Assembly (NCBI GenBank): GCA_029260235.1
Contig: JAJDDP010000015.1
Coordinates: forward strand, 93,315-157,314
Direction: 5' to 3'
Length of the DNA stretch: 64,000 bases
Source of the DNA: Phycisphaerae bacterium
GTDB lineage: Bacteria; Planctomycetota; Phycisphaerae; UBA1845
In this document: one piece after another, positions 41,763 to 49,585 of the stretch
Position numbering within the stretch: the stretch's first letter is position 1
Layout of the letters: the number at the start of each line of letters is the position of its first letter
Translations under genes and position numbers: made by a program
The notes under the pieces: model-generated
The model's database searches: none
Seen by the model: the letters and a program-made list of their open reading frames with translations, nothing else
What the model was told of the DNA's origin: nothing

Positions 41763-42269
41763 TTAGGCACTGTTCAGGGCTAGCGGTGCCCACTTCTTCT
41801 GCTTGCGCAGTAGTAGTTCGATCACCTCAGCTACCGCCCCAGCCCCGCCCGGACATTGAGAGACATATTGGGCACACTGCTTGACGGCCCCCGCCGCGTT
41901 GGCCACTGCAACCGGGAACGCGCATCGACTCATGGGGGCAGTATCGGGGCCATCATCACCAATGTAGCAGACCTGCTCGTCGGATGCGTTCATTTCTGCC
42001 AGCAACCGTTCGTAGATAGCCAGCTTGTCCGAAACGCCTTGGCTAACCGAGCCAATGCCCAGCATGCGCGCCCGCTCGGTGACAGCCTCAGATTCCCGAC
42101 CTGAAATGATCGCAGTTCGCCCGCCCGAATCATGCCACCGCTTGATGGCGCTGCCGTCCAGGACGCTAAAGACGCGCGTCTGCGAATCGCTGCCACAAAA
42201 GATGGCCTCACCCGAGGTGAGCACGCCATCCACGTCGAGGATCAACAGATTGATCGAGGCAAAATCCAT
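41763..42269 (-). CDS. kdsC: 3-deoxy-D-manno-octulosonate 8-phosphate phosphatase (HAD superfamily, KdsC family)
   Basis: HAD motif I is LILDVDGVLT, followed by VFSVLDG, the GD(D/G)xxD motif (YIGDDGPD), and AVANA. ATG 42269 (MDFASINLL…) is preferred over 42329. Confidence 0.85.
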   Translation of the reverse strand: MDFASINLLILDVDGVLTSGEAIFCGSDSQTRVFSVLDGSAIKRWHDSGGRTAIISGRESEAVTERARMLGIGSVSQGVSDKLAIYERLLAEMNASDEQVCYIGDDGPDTAPMSRCAFPVAVANAAGAVKQCAQYVSQCPGGAGAVAEVIELLLRKQKKWAPLALNSA

Positions 42270-42392
42270 GGGAATCGTCCAGAAAACTAAGGAACAGCAC
42301 AGTATCCCGACCTGCGTCAGAGGCGTCAAGATAGGCGATCTGCTTGCAAATCGAACCAGCAGGCTTTACTTTCGCCGCCGAAAGGCGGAACC

Positions 42393-43370
42393 ATGCGCGT
42401 ATTGTCCGGAATCCAACCCAGCGGCAAACTCCATTTGGGCAACTATTTGGGGGCTATCAAGCAGCATATTCAGCTGCAGGACGAGCACGAGGGCCTCTAT
42501 TTCATCGCCAATTACCACTCGCTGACCACGGTCCAGGACGCCGATCGGCTGAGGGGGCTGACTTCAGACGTCGCCCTGGATTATCTCGCCCTCGGCTTGG
42601 ATCCCAAGAAAGCGTGCTTGTTTCGGCAGACCGACATCCCTGAGGTCTGCGAATTGGCCTGGATTCTATCCACGGTGACTGGAGAAGGACTTCTCCGCCG
42701 GGCACATTCCTACAAGGACAAAGTCGCCCACGGCGTGTCATCATCGATGGGGCTGATGTGCTACCCGCTGTTGATGGCTTCGGACATTCTGATTTATGAC
42801 AGCGACATCGTCCCCGTGGGGCAGGATCAGGTTCAGCATCTCGAAATGACCCAGGATATGGCTGGTCACTTCAACAACAGCTATGGAGTCGAAGTGCTCA
42901 AGCGTCCAGAAGTCATGCTGAACGACGCCTGCATCGTACCCGGCATCGATGGGCAGAAGATGTCCAAGTCCTACGGCAACACCATCGAGCTGTTTGACAC
43001 CGCTAAGCGGACCCGCAAGCGGATCATGAGCATCAAGACCGACAGCACGCCCTTGGAGGATCCCAAGGATCCCGACACATGCAACGTGTTCGCCTTGTAC
43101 AAGTTGCTGGCCGAGCAGGATGAAGTCAAGGAGTTGGCCTCACGCTATCGTGCCGGTGGCATGGGCTATGGCGATGCCAAATCTGCCTTGGCAGATGTCG
43201 TGGAACGCGTGCTTGGACCCGCACGAGAGCGACGCGAAAAGCTGACCGGCGATCCGGACTACGTCGAAGACGTGCTGCTGAACGGCGCCAAGAAAGCCCG
43301 GGGATTGGCCCAGCTGGTCATGGAGCGGGTGAGGAAGGCCTGCGGATTGGTCACCGGCAAGAACACCTAG
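42393..43370 (+). CDS. trpS: Tryptophan--tRNA ligase
   Basis: Motifs seen: SGIQPSGKLHLGNYLGA (HIGH-type), QTDIPE, VPVGQDQVQHLE, and KMSKS. Confidence 0.95.
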   Translation: MRVLSGIQPSGKLHLGNYLGAIKQHIQLQDEHEGLYFIANYHSLTTVQDADRLRGLTSDVALDYLALGLDPKKACLFRQTDIPEVCELAWILSTVTGEGLLRRAHSYKDKVAHGVSSSMGLMCYPLLMASDILIYDSDIVPVGQDQVQHLEMTQDMAGHFNNSYGVEVLKRPEVMLNDACIVPGIDGQKMSKSYGNTIELFDTAKRTRKRIMSIKTDSTPLEDPKDPDTCNVFALYKLLAEQDEVKELASRYRAGGMGYGDAKSALADVVERVLGPARERREKLTGDPDYVEDVLLNGAKKARGLAQLVMERVRKACGLVTGKNT

Positions 43371-43423
43371 TATGCTCTACCTTCGGGTAGCAGATTAACG
43401 TGCTTCGATAGAGAGTTTCTGCC

Positions 43424-44362
43424 TTGAGCAACTTCCGCATCGACTTGGATGTCTACAACGGCCCGCTGGATCTTCTGCTGTTTCTGATCCGGCGGGAGGA
43501 AGTGGACATCTATGACATCCCTATCGCCCGGGTGACCGAGCAATATGTCGGCTATGTGAAGATGCTTCAGGCTATCGACCCTAATCTCGCCGGGGATTTT
43601 CTGGTGATGGCCGCCGCCCTCATGGAGATCAAATCCAGAACCCTGCTGCCGAGTCCTCCCCTCGAAGAGGGCGAGGACGAGATCATCGACCCGCGCATGG
43701 AGCTCATTCGCCAGCTGCTGGAATACAAGACCTACAAAGATGCCGCCCATTCTCTGGGCGCATCAGCCGAGTGGCAGGCGATGAAGTTTCCTCGCCAGCC
43801 GGTGCTGCCCCAATCGCAGGAACCAGAAACCGACCTCGACGACATCGAAATCTGGGATCTGATCGATGCCTTTCAGAAACTCATGGAACAAACCGGTCTG
43901 CGGGCCAAGACCCACGACGTGGTCTATGACGATACGCCGATCGCTTTGCACGCCGCCGACGTGGTGGATTGCCTGGAGCGTGCAGGCGGCTCGCTGCGCT
44001 TTGAATCCATCTTCGAGGGGCGGACCAAGAGCGAGTTGATCGGCTTGTTCTTGTCGTTGCTCGAACTGATCCGCCAAAATCGAATTCGGGCAGAGCAATC
44101 AGAGGCGTTCGGGGCTATCATCATTCATCTGCTCGATGCCTCGCCCATCAACGCTGATGAATTCGATAGACCAACCTCAGAGCACGCGGTTACCCGAGTC
44201 CAAGAGGGTGAGAGCAGCGAAGAGCCAGTCCTACCCGATCTGAAATCGACCAGCGAAGCAGAATCTCAACTTGTCCACGATGTGACCCGCGCCGACAAAC
44301 CTGCATCGGAGGCTGCATCGCAGGATGCAAGTCCTCCCAGGGACCTCAACGGAGAAAACTAA
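43424..44362 (+). CDS. scpA: Segregation and condensation protein A (kleisin)
   Basis: Motifs seen: YNGPLDLLLFLIRREEVDIYDIPIARVTEQY, and the C-terminal winged-helix block (FLSLLELIRQNRI). The start is TTG. Confidence 0.9.
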   Translation: MSNFRIDLDVYNGPLDLLLFLIRREEVDIYDIPIARVTEQYVGYVKMLQAIDPNLAGDFLVMAAALMEIKSRTLLPSPPLEEGEDEIIDPRMELIRQLLEYKTYKDAAHSLGASAEWQAMKFPRQPVLPQSQEPETDLDDIEIWDLIDAFQKLMEQTGLRAKTHDVVYDDTPIALHAADVVDCLERAGGSLRFESIFEGRTKSELIGLFLSLLELIRQNRIRAEQSEAFGAIIIHLLDASPINADEFDRPTSEHAVTRVQEGESSEEPVLPDLKSTSEAESQLVHDVTRADKPASEAASQDASPPRDLNGEN

Positions 44363-44821
44363 ATGAGCCACAGTGAGCAGTTAGCATCACTTGGTCTGGA
44401 ATTGCCGCCCGTAGTGACGCCAGTTGGCAGTTATGTGCCAGCCCTGCGAGACGGCAACACCATCTACACCTCAGGCCAACTGCCCATGCGCGACGGCCGA
44501 CTAACCTGCCTCGGGAAAGTGGGGGCTGATGTAACCTTAGAAGACGCCGCCGCAGCCGCAGAGTTAGCCGCCCTCAATGCCATAGCAGCCGTAGCCTCAG
44601 TAGCTGGAGGCATTGATCAGATCGAGCAAATCATCCGCCTAAGCGTATTCGTAAGCAGCGCTCCAGGCTTCGTAGATCAACCCAAGGTAGCCAACGGCGG
44701 CAGCGATCTGGTCGGCAAGATATTCGGTGAAGCAGGCAAGCACGCCCGAAGCGCGGTAGGCGTAGCAGAACTACCCCTGAACGCAGCCGTAGAGCTAGAA
44801 ATGATCGCCCGGGTCAAGTAG
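44363..44821 (+). CDS. RidA/YjgF family protein
   Basis: Motifs seen: LELPPVVTPVGSYVPALRDGNTIYTSGQLP and the C-terminal LPLNAAVELEMIA. The ATG directly abuts the scpA stop. Confidence 0.8.
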   Translation: MSHSEQLASLGLELPPVVTPVGSYVPALRDGNTIYTSGQLPMRDGRLTCLGKVGADVTLEDAAAAAELAALNAIAAVASVAGGIDQIEQIIRLSVFVSSAPGFVDQPKVANGGSDLVGKIFGEAGKHARSAVGVAELPLNAAVELEMIARVK

Positions 44822-44884
44822 GCCGGTGATCGTCATTCGCGCTTAGGTGATGACTGAAAGCGTCGCGGGGATGGATACGCCCAA

Positions 44885-45238
44885 CTACTTCGGCTGTCGC
44901 TTCGAGTACTTGCCTTCTGAGCGGAACGAGGTCTGCGCGACGCAATCGGGACGTTCTCTAATGGTAAGCCAATACTCTTCCCGCACATCTTCATCGATTT
45001 CAACGATGCCCGGGTAGAGCGTGTCGTCACCCTTCTTCTTGCAGCCGGAAATCCAGTGTTCGGCCTCAGTCTTGAGGTTGAAGTAGTTGGCCTTGTAGCC
45101 GTCACCCTTGAGTGACTGGAATTCCTTACCGCGGTAGTGGAGAGTCTTGCCGGTATTCGAAAAGGTCACCCGTCCAACTCGGGCTGGGCCGCATAGGTCA
45201 TCCCCCTTGAACTCAATGTACATGATTCGGCTTTTCAT
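44885..45238 (-). CDS. Conserved hypothetical small protein
   Basis: 117-aa ORF with coding-like composition (MYIEFKGDDLCGPARVGRVTFSNTGKTLHYRGKEFQSLKG…WISGCKKKG…). I do not know a function for it. Confidence 0.6.
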   Translation of the reverse strand: MKSRIMYIEFKGDDLCGPARVGRVTFSNTGKTLHYRGKEFQSLKGDGYKANYFNLKTEAEHWISGCKKKGDDTLYPGIVEIDEDVREEYWLTIRERPDCVAQTSFRSEGKYSKRQPK

Positions 45239-45289
45239 AACGATGCTCCCGTAGACCGGCAGAAAGTATGCTGGACCATAAAGCCGACA

Positions 45290-45769
45290 CTATGTCGCTG
45301 TCCTTGTTTCGGCGAGGCGCTCGAAGAAAGCCTCCGATGCGGCACCGCGCGCTGTGATGCTCAATTCTCGAGTATCCGCGCTAATAGGCTTGATTCGAAC
45401 GGTCAGCCGATCTTCCGGCAACGCTTCCTCTGCCCGATCTGCCCACTCGACGATGACGGCTGACTCGGGCGAGATCATTTCGTCGAAGCCCAGGGCTTCC
45501 AGTTCGCCGCTGTCTTTGAGCCGGTAAGCATCCAGATGATACAAGCAGAGTCGGCCTGGATACTCATTCACCAGCGTGAAAGTTGGCGAAGTGACTTGGC
45601 CTTCCTCGGGCCAATCATTGCCCACGGCTATGCCTTTGACTAGTTGCGTTTTGCCTGCGCCGAGCGGGCCTATTAGGGCGATTACTTCGCCGCCGCGCAG
45701 GGCTAGGCCAATGTCCATTCCTAGGCGACGTGTTTCCTCGGGCGAATGGGTTATGACGTTGCGTGTCAC
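45290..45769 (-). CDS. tsaE: tRNA t6A37 threonylcarbamoyladenosine biosynthesis ATPase TsaE
   Basis: Walker A motif GPLGAGKTQLVKG, plus SPTFTLVNEY and LYHLDAYRL. Confidence 0.9.
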   Translation of the reverse strand: MTRNVITHSPEETRRLGMDIGLALRGGEVIALIGPLGAGKTQLVKGIAVGNDWPEEGQVTSPTFTLVNEYPGRLCLYHLDAYRLKDSGELEALGFDEMISPESAVIVEWADRAEEALPEDRLTVRIKPISADTRELSITARGAASEAFFERLAETRTAT

Positions 45770-46716
45770 TTCAGGTGGTCATAGCCAACTACTTCGAGTG
45801 CATCCAGTTGGCCATCCTTTCTCTCGATGGTGAGGTTGGCTTCGGTAACCTTGCCGATGGCATCCAAGGGATGATCGTCGATGGTGGGTGGCTCGGGTGC
45901 ATCGCCAGCCACGGCCAGAAGCAATTCGAAATCCTCGCCATCGTGCAAGGCGTGCTCTAGCGCAGGCTTATCGTCCTGCAGGGCGAGTTGGCGGGCATCG
46001 TCACTGACAACGCGTTCGACCAGGACTTCGCTCAACTGAGCACCGACACCCGAAGCCTGGCAAATCCTCCCCAAGTCAACGGCCAAGCCGTCGCTAACGT
46101 CGATCATGGCGTGAAGATGGCTGCCCATTGCCGATGAGATCGCCCCAGCCTCTGCGATCCTAGGCCTGAAACTCATGTGCCGCTCCAAAATGCTCCCACC
46201 CAACGGGCCTGTGACGTAGAGCGTGTCGCCCACTTGGGCACCGCTCCGCCGGACGGCACGCTGCCCCGCATGCCGACAGGCGACCATGGCTACGTCGATG
46301 GCCAAGGGTTGAGGCCAGCATGTCGTGTCGCCACCGACGATGGCGCATTCAAATTCTCCGGCGATAGCCCACATGCCCTCGAAGAGCTGCTTGATCTCCT
46401 CGATGTCACGACCGGTAGGCCAAGCGATGGAAATCGTGGCAGCCACAGGACGAACAGCCATGGCAGCGCAGTCACTCAAACTACAGGCGACCGCTTTGCG
46501 GCCTATCTGCTCGAGGGTGTGCTTCTCTGATTGGAAGTGGACCCCGTCCAGGAGCATGTCGCTGCTGATCAAGGCGGTGCCGCTGGCGGTGGCGCTACTG
46601 GCAGGCTGGTCCCCAACCTCCAGGCCAGCCATGTCGTCCCCGATGCCCAGGAGCACCGGCCATTCGGCAGGGCCGCTTCGCTCAGCCAGCCATCGCACTA
46701 ACTCGTTCTCGGTCAT
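45766..46716 (-). CDS. thiL: Thiamine-monophosphate kinase
   Basis: Motifs seen: IGDDMAGLEV, SSDMLLDGVHF, IGRKAVACSLSDCAAMA, IVGGDTT, and DVSDGLAVDLGRI. There is a 4-nt ATGA overlap with tsaE. ATG 46716 is preferred over 46851. Confidence 0.85.
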   Translation of the reverse strand: MTENELVRWLAERSGPAEWPVLLGIGDDMAGLEVGDQPASSATASGTALISSDMLLDGVHFQSEKHTLEQIGRKAVACSLSDCAAMAVRPVAATISIAWPTGRDIEEIKQLFEGMWAIAGEFECAIVGGDTTCWPQPLAIDVAMVACRHAGQRAVRRSGAQVGDTLYVTGPLGGSILERHMSFRPRIAEAGAISSAMGSHLHAMIDVSDGLAVDLGRICQASGVGAQLSEVLVERVVSDDARQLALQDDKPALEHALHDGEDFELLLAVAGDAPEPPTIDDHPLDAIGKVTEANLTIERKDGQLDALEVVGYDHLK

Positions 46717-46947
46717 TGTTTCCCTCAGAAGGTCGTGGCTGCGGATCTGGGAGGTGCGTAGCCGCAGTGATTTTCGTCGAAACGATTCCAAAAGGCAATC
46801 GTCCACATCGCCGCCAGAGGGCAGTAGTGTCTGATTGGGTCCGACCTGCACAGGCGTTCTTTGACGTTGGCCCGTTTGGAGTGAATACTATCGTAGAGCT
46901 ATTGGGGTTCGGGTTCTATTTGCTTGGAAGCCATCGCCGTGCATGCA

Positions 46948-48018
46948 ATGACAGACAAGAAATTCCGATTCATGGTGGCTGCCACTTCGTGCTATTGGTG
47001 TAGCTATGCGGCTGGGCAGGTCTCAAAAGAGCGCCCCGAAGAGGAGCGAACGCTCTGGGGAGCTATGTCTGAGCTAGCCGCCGACCTCAAACAGCTCGGG
47101 GAGTGGAGCGAGCAGTCCGAACTCATCGACACCACCGCCAAAGATCTTTGGGAAGCCAACAATTGGAATGATGAATCCGACCTATTCGCCCGCGACACGC
47201 TGACCGAAGTTGGAAAAATCCCACCATGGAATATCGATGGTAGAATAAGCAAACTGACCGAGCGCGTGGCTGAGCGATACGACTTCGAGCAGGGAGTTCA
47301 AATGCGGCTGAAGCAATCCATCTACGGCTCGATGGTCGGGCTAATGATGGAGAATGCCAGCCTGATCCTCGATCAAACCAAAGAGATAGTGGGTACGCGA
47401 GTTCGAGGTGAACCGTTCACCGCCGAGCAAGTAGCAGAATGGACCCGCCAGACCGAAGACATGATGGGATCATTCCAGGAGCGAACCGACAAGCTCCTCG
47501 AAGAGTTTAGCCACGAAGTGGACGACGCCCACCGCCCAATCTTCGAACGTGACATGGAAAGTTTTCAACAACGGCGGACATACATGAAAGAAGCCCGGCA
47601 GCGTTGGGCCAACGGCGAATGGAGTCCGTCGGAGTGGGGTTTGCAGCACGACCCCTTGCACAATAAGGCAGCCCAAGCTGGGCAGAAATCCGCCAACCAG
47701 CCCACCTCAGCCCCGGCCCAGCCGCCCCCCCGCTGGGTGTCATATGACCCATCAACCTGGGAAGCGTATATGCTCGATTTTATCGCCCGATTCAAGCTGG
47801 ATCTTCGCCAGCAGGCGACCGCCCGCTCGATCCTCGACGAGTTGACCGCCCGGGCCTACGCCTACTTGCATGCCCGCCGACTGCGGATGGCTAATGTCGC
47901 TGCCTCCGAACGACTTGCGCATCCCTTTTATGCGCCAGTGCGGGGTATGTTCAAAGAGCTTGAGACCCGCCTCAACCGAATCCCCATCAAAGCCCAACGA
48001 GAAAAGAAGAGGCCGTAA
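46948..48018 (+). CDS. Hypothetical secreted all-helical protein
   Basis: The ORF has coding-like composition and a signal-like N-terminus from ATG 46948 (MTDKKFRFMVAATSCYWCSYAAG). No motif was recognised. Confidence 0.55.
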   Translation: MTDKKFRFMVAATSCYWCSYAAGQVSKERPEEERTLWGAMSELAADLKQLGEWSEQSELIDTTAKDLWEANNWNDESDLFARDTLTEVGKIPPWNIDGRISKLTERVAERYDFEQGVQMRLKQSIYGSMVGLMMENASLILDQTKEIVGTRVRGEPFTAEQVAEWTRQTEDMMGSFQERTDKLLEEFSHEVDDAHRPIFERDMESFQQRRTYMKEARQRWANGEWSPSEWGLQHDPLHNKAAQAGQKSANQPTSAPAQPPPRWVSYDPSTWEAYMLDFIARFKLDLRQQATARSILDELTARAYAYLHARRLRMANVAASERLAHPFYAPVRGMFKELETRLNRIPIKAQREKKRP

Positions 48019-48196
48019 CCAGAGCATCAGAAATAGATTACAGCAATAGAGCCGAACAGGATCTCCTGTGGACAATCTTGATTTCAAGCGACAACCGGCT
48101 TAGGATATGCCGATGAGATGCGTGTAGGAACTGGCAAATGATGCCGCGGGTCTGCGCATGTGGATCCCGTTCTGTATTGCAAGGATTGGACGAGTG

Positions 48197-49351
48197 ATGA
48201 AGCGCCAATTTAGTGGATTGGTCTTGGTTGGTATCCTCACGGCCGCCGGTTTTCCGGGTGAAGCCTTTGGCCAGCGTTTGCGCATTCCCCAGCCTTCTAG
48301 CGGCACGATTGGCGGCGAGCTCAATTCGGCGCGCATCGCGAACTCCCCAATTGCCCAGAACTTCAACGTGACTCAGGGCGGCGGGTACACTCGGCCACCC
48401 GTTACGACTGCCACAGCACCCCTTGAAGGCGTTTCATTCCTGATTCGACAGGGAGAGGTCGGCGGTGATTTGGTCGGCTCGCGGGATGGCCCGTTGGCCC
48501 GAGCCAGGGCGGTACCCAAGTCTTGGACTCAGACACTCTCGACGGGCGGGGTGTCCAGGTACTTTGGGAGATCCATCATCTACAGCAGCGCCCAGATGCA
48601 GATGGGCTTGACTAATGCCTCACTTCTGCTCGACCCCCAAGCACTGCTGGCCAGCACGGCATTCTCGGCACCGGCGAGGGTGTTGGGCGTTAGCAGTGGC
48701 CGGCCCAATGATATCTTGTCGAGTAAGGACGATTCCGACACGCCTTCTTACTCGGTCCAATCATTGACTCGTGCTAAGGGCCTCAGTCAGTCCGACATGC
48801 TTGAGTCCCACTTGGCGGTGGAGCACGGTCGTCATCTCAAACAGGGCTGGGAGTGGTATAGCCTGGGTGAATACGCCAAAGCGCGAAGCGCGTTCGCTAC
48901 GGCCGAGAACCTGGATCGCTCCGATGCGGAATCTCGTGCTGGGTCGTTTTTCTGTGCTGTCGCCCAAGAGCGCTACACCGAAGCTATCTTTGGCATGCGT
49001 AAGATCATGACCTGGGATGGCCGGCGGAATCTGTTCAAACATGACTTAAAGCTTCTGTCTCTCTCCATGCCTAAGGATGAAGATTTGGTGGACCCGGAGC
49101 GCATCGGCAAGGAACGACTGGGCCGGCAGATTCAGCGATTTGTCAAATTTGCTGCCCCGGCCGGCACCGCGTCTATTAGCCCGCTGGGCTTGGCGTCACT
49201 GGCTTACGCGCTCTGGCATGGTGGTCAGCAGGCAGAGGCTGTCCACGCAGCCCAAACGCTCCTGGAGATGGACCCGGGCGGCTCATTCTCGCATCTCCTG
49301 GACAACATGATAGCTGCCAGGGAAGACTCTCAAGATGCCACAGATGACTAG
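48197..49351 (+). CDS. Hypothetical secreted protein with a C-terminal TPR-like module
   Basis: The signal peptide from ATG 48197 is MKRQFSGLVLVGILTAAGFPGEAFG. The N-terminal half is Ser/Gly/Thr-rich. The C-terminal TPR-like helices are collinear by eye with the C-terminus of 60509..62209. Confidence 0.55.
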   Translation: MKRQFSGLVLVGILTAAGFPGEAFGQRLRIPQPSSGTIGGELNSARIANSPIAQNFNVTQGGGYTRPPVTTATAPLEGVSFLIRQGEVGGDLVGSRDGPLARARAVPKSWTQTLSTGGVSRYFGRSIIYSSAQMQMGLTNASLLLDPQALLASTAFSAPARVLGVSSGRPNDILSSKDDSDTPSYSVQSLTRAKGLSQSDMLESHLAVEHGRHLKQGWEWYSLGEYAKARSAFATAENLDRSDAESRAGSFFCAVAQERYTEAIFGMRKIMTWDGRRNLFKHDLKLLSLSMPKDEDLVDPERIGKERLGRQIQRFVKFAAPAGTASISPLGLASLAYALWHGGQQAEAVHAAQTLLEMDPGGSFSHLLDNMIAAREDSQDATDD

Positions 49352-49585
49352 ATGCGTTTGTTGATGTACCCTGCCGGTCTTTGCCGCCGGTTTTGAATCA
49401 GAGATTCATGCTTGAACAAACATCTTTGGGTCACCGAGGCAGCAAGCGGTTCCAATAACGGATAGCCGGCGAGGAACTCCGTCTTACACACGAGGCCTCT
49501 CTCCACTGCAGCGGCGGGTCGGTCGGAGCAGTGCCGCTGCAACGAGTGCATGAACCGACCGCGTTGATACGCTGATAAGAATGAC

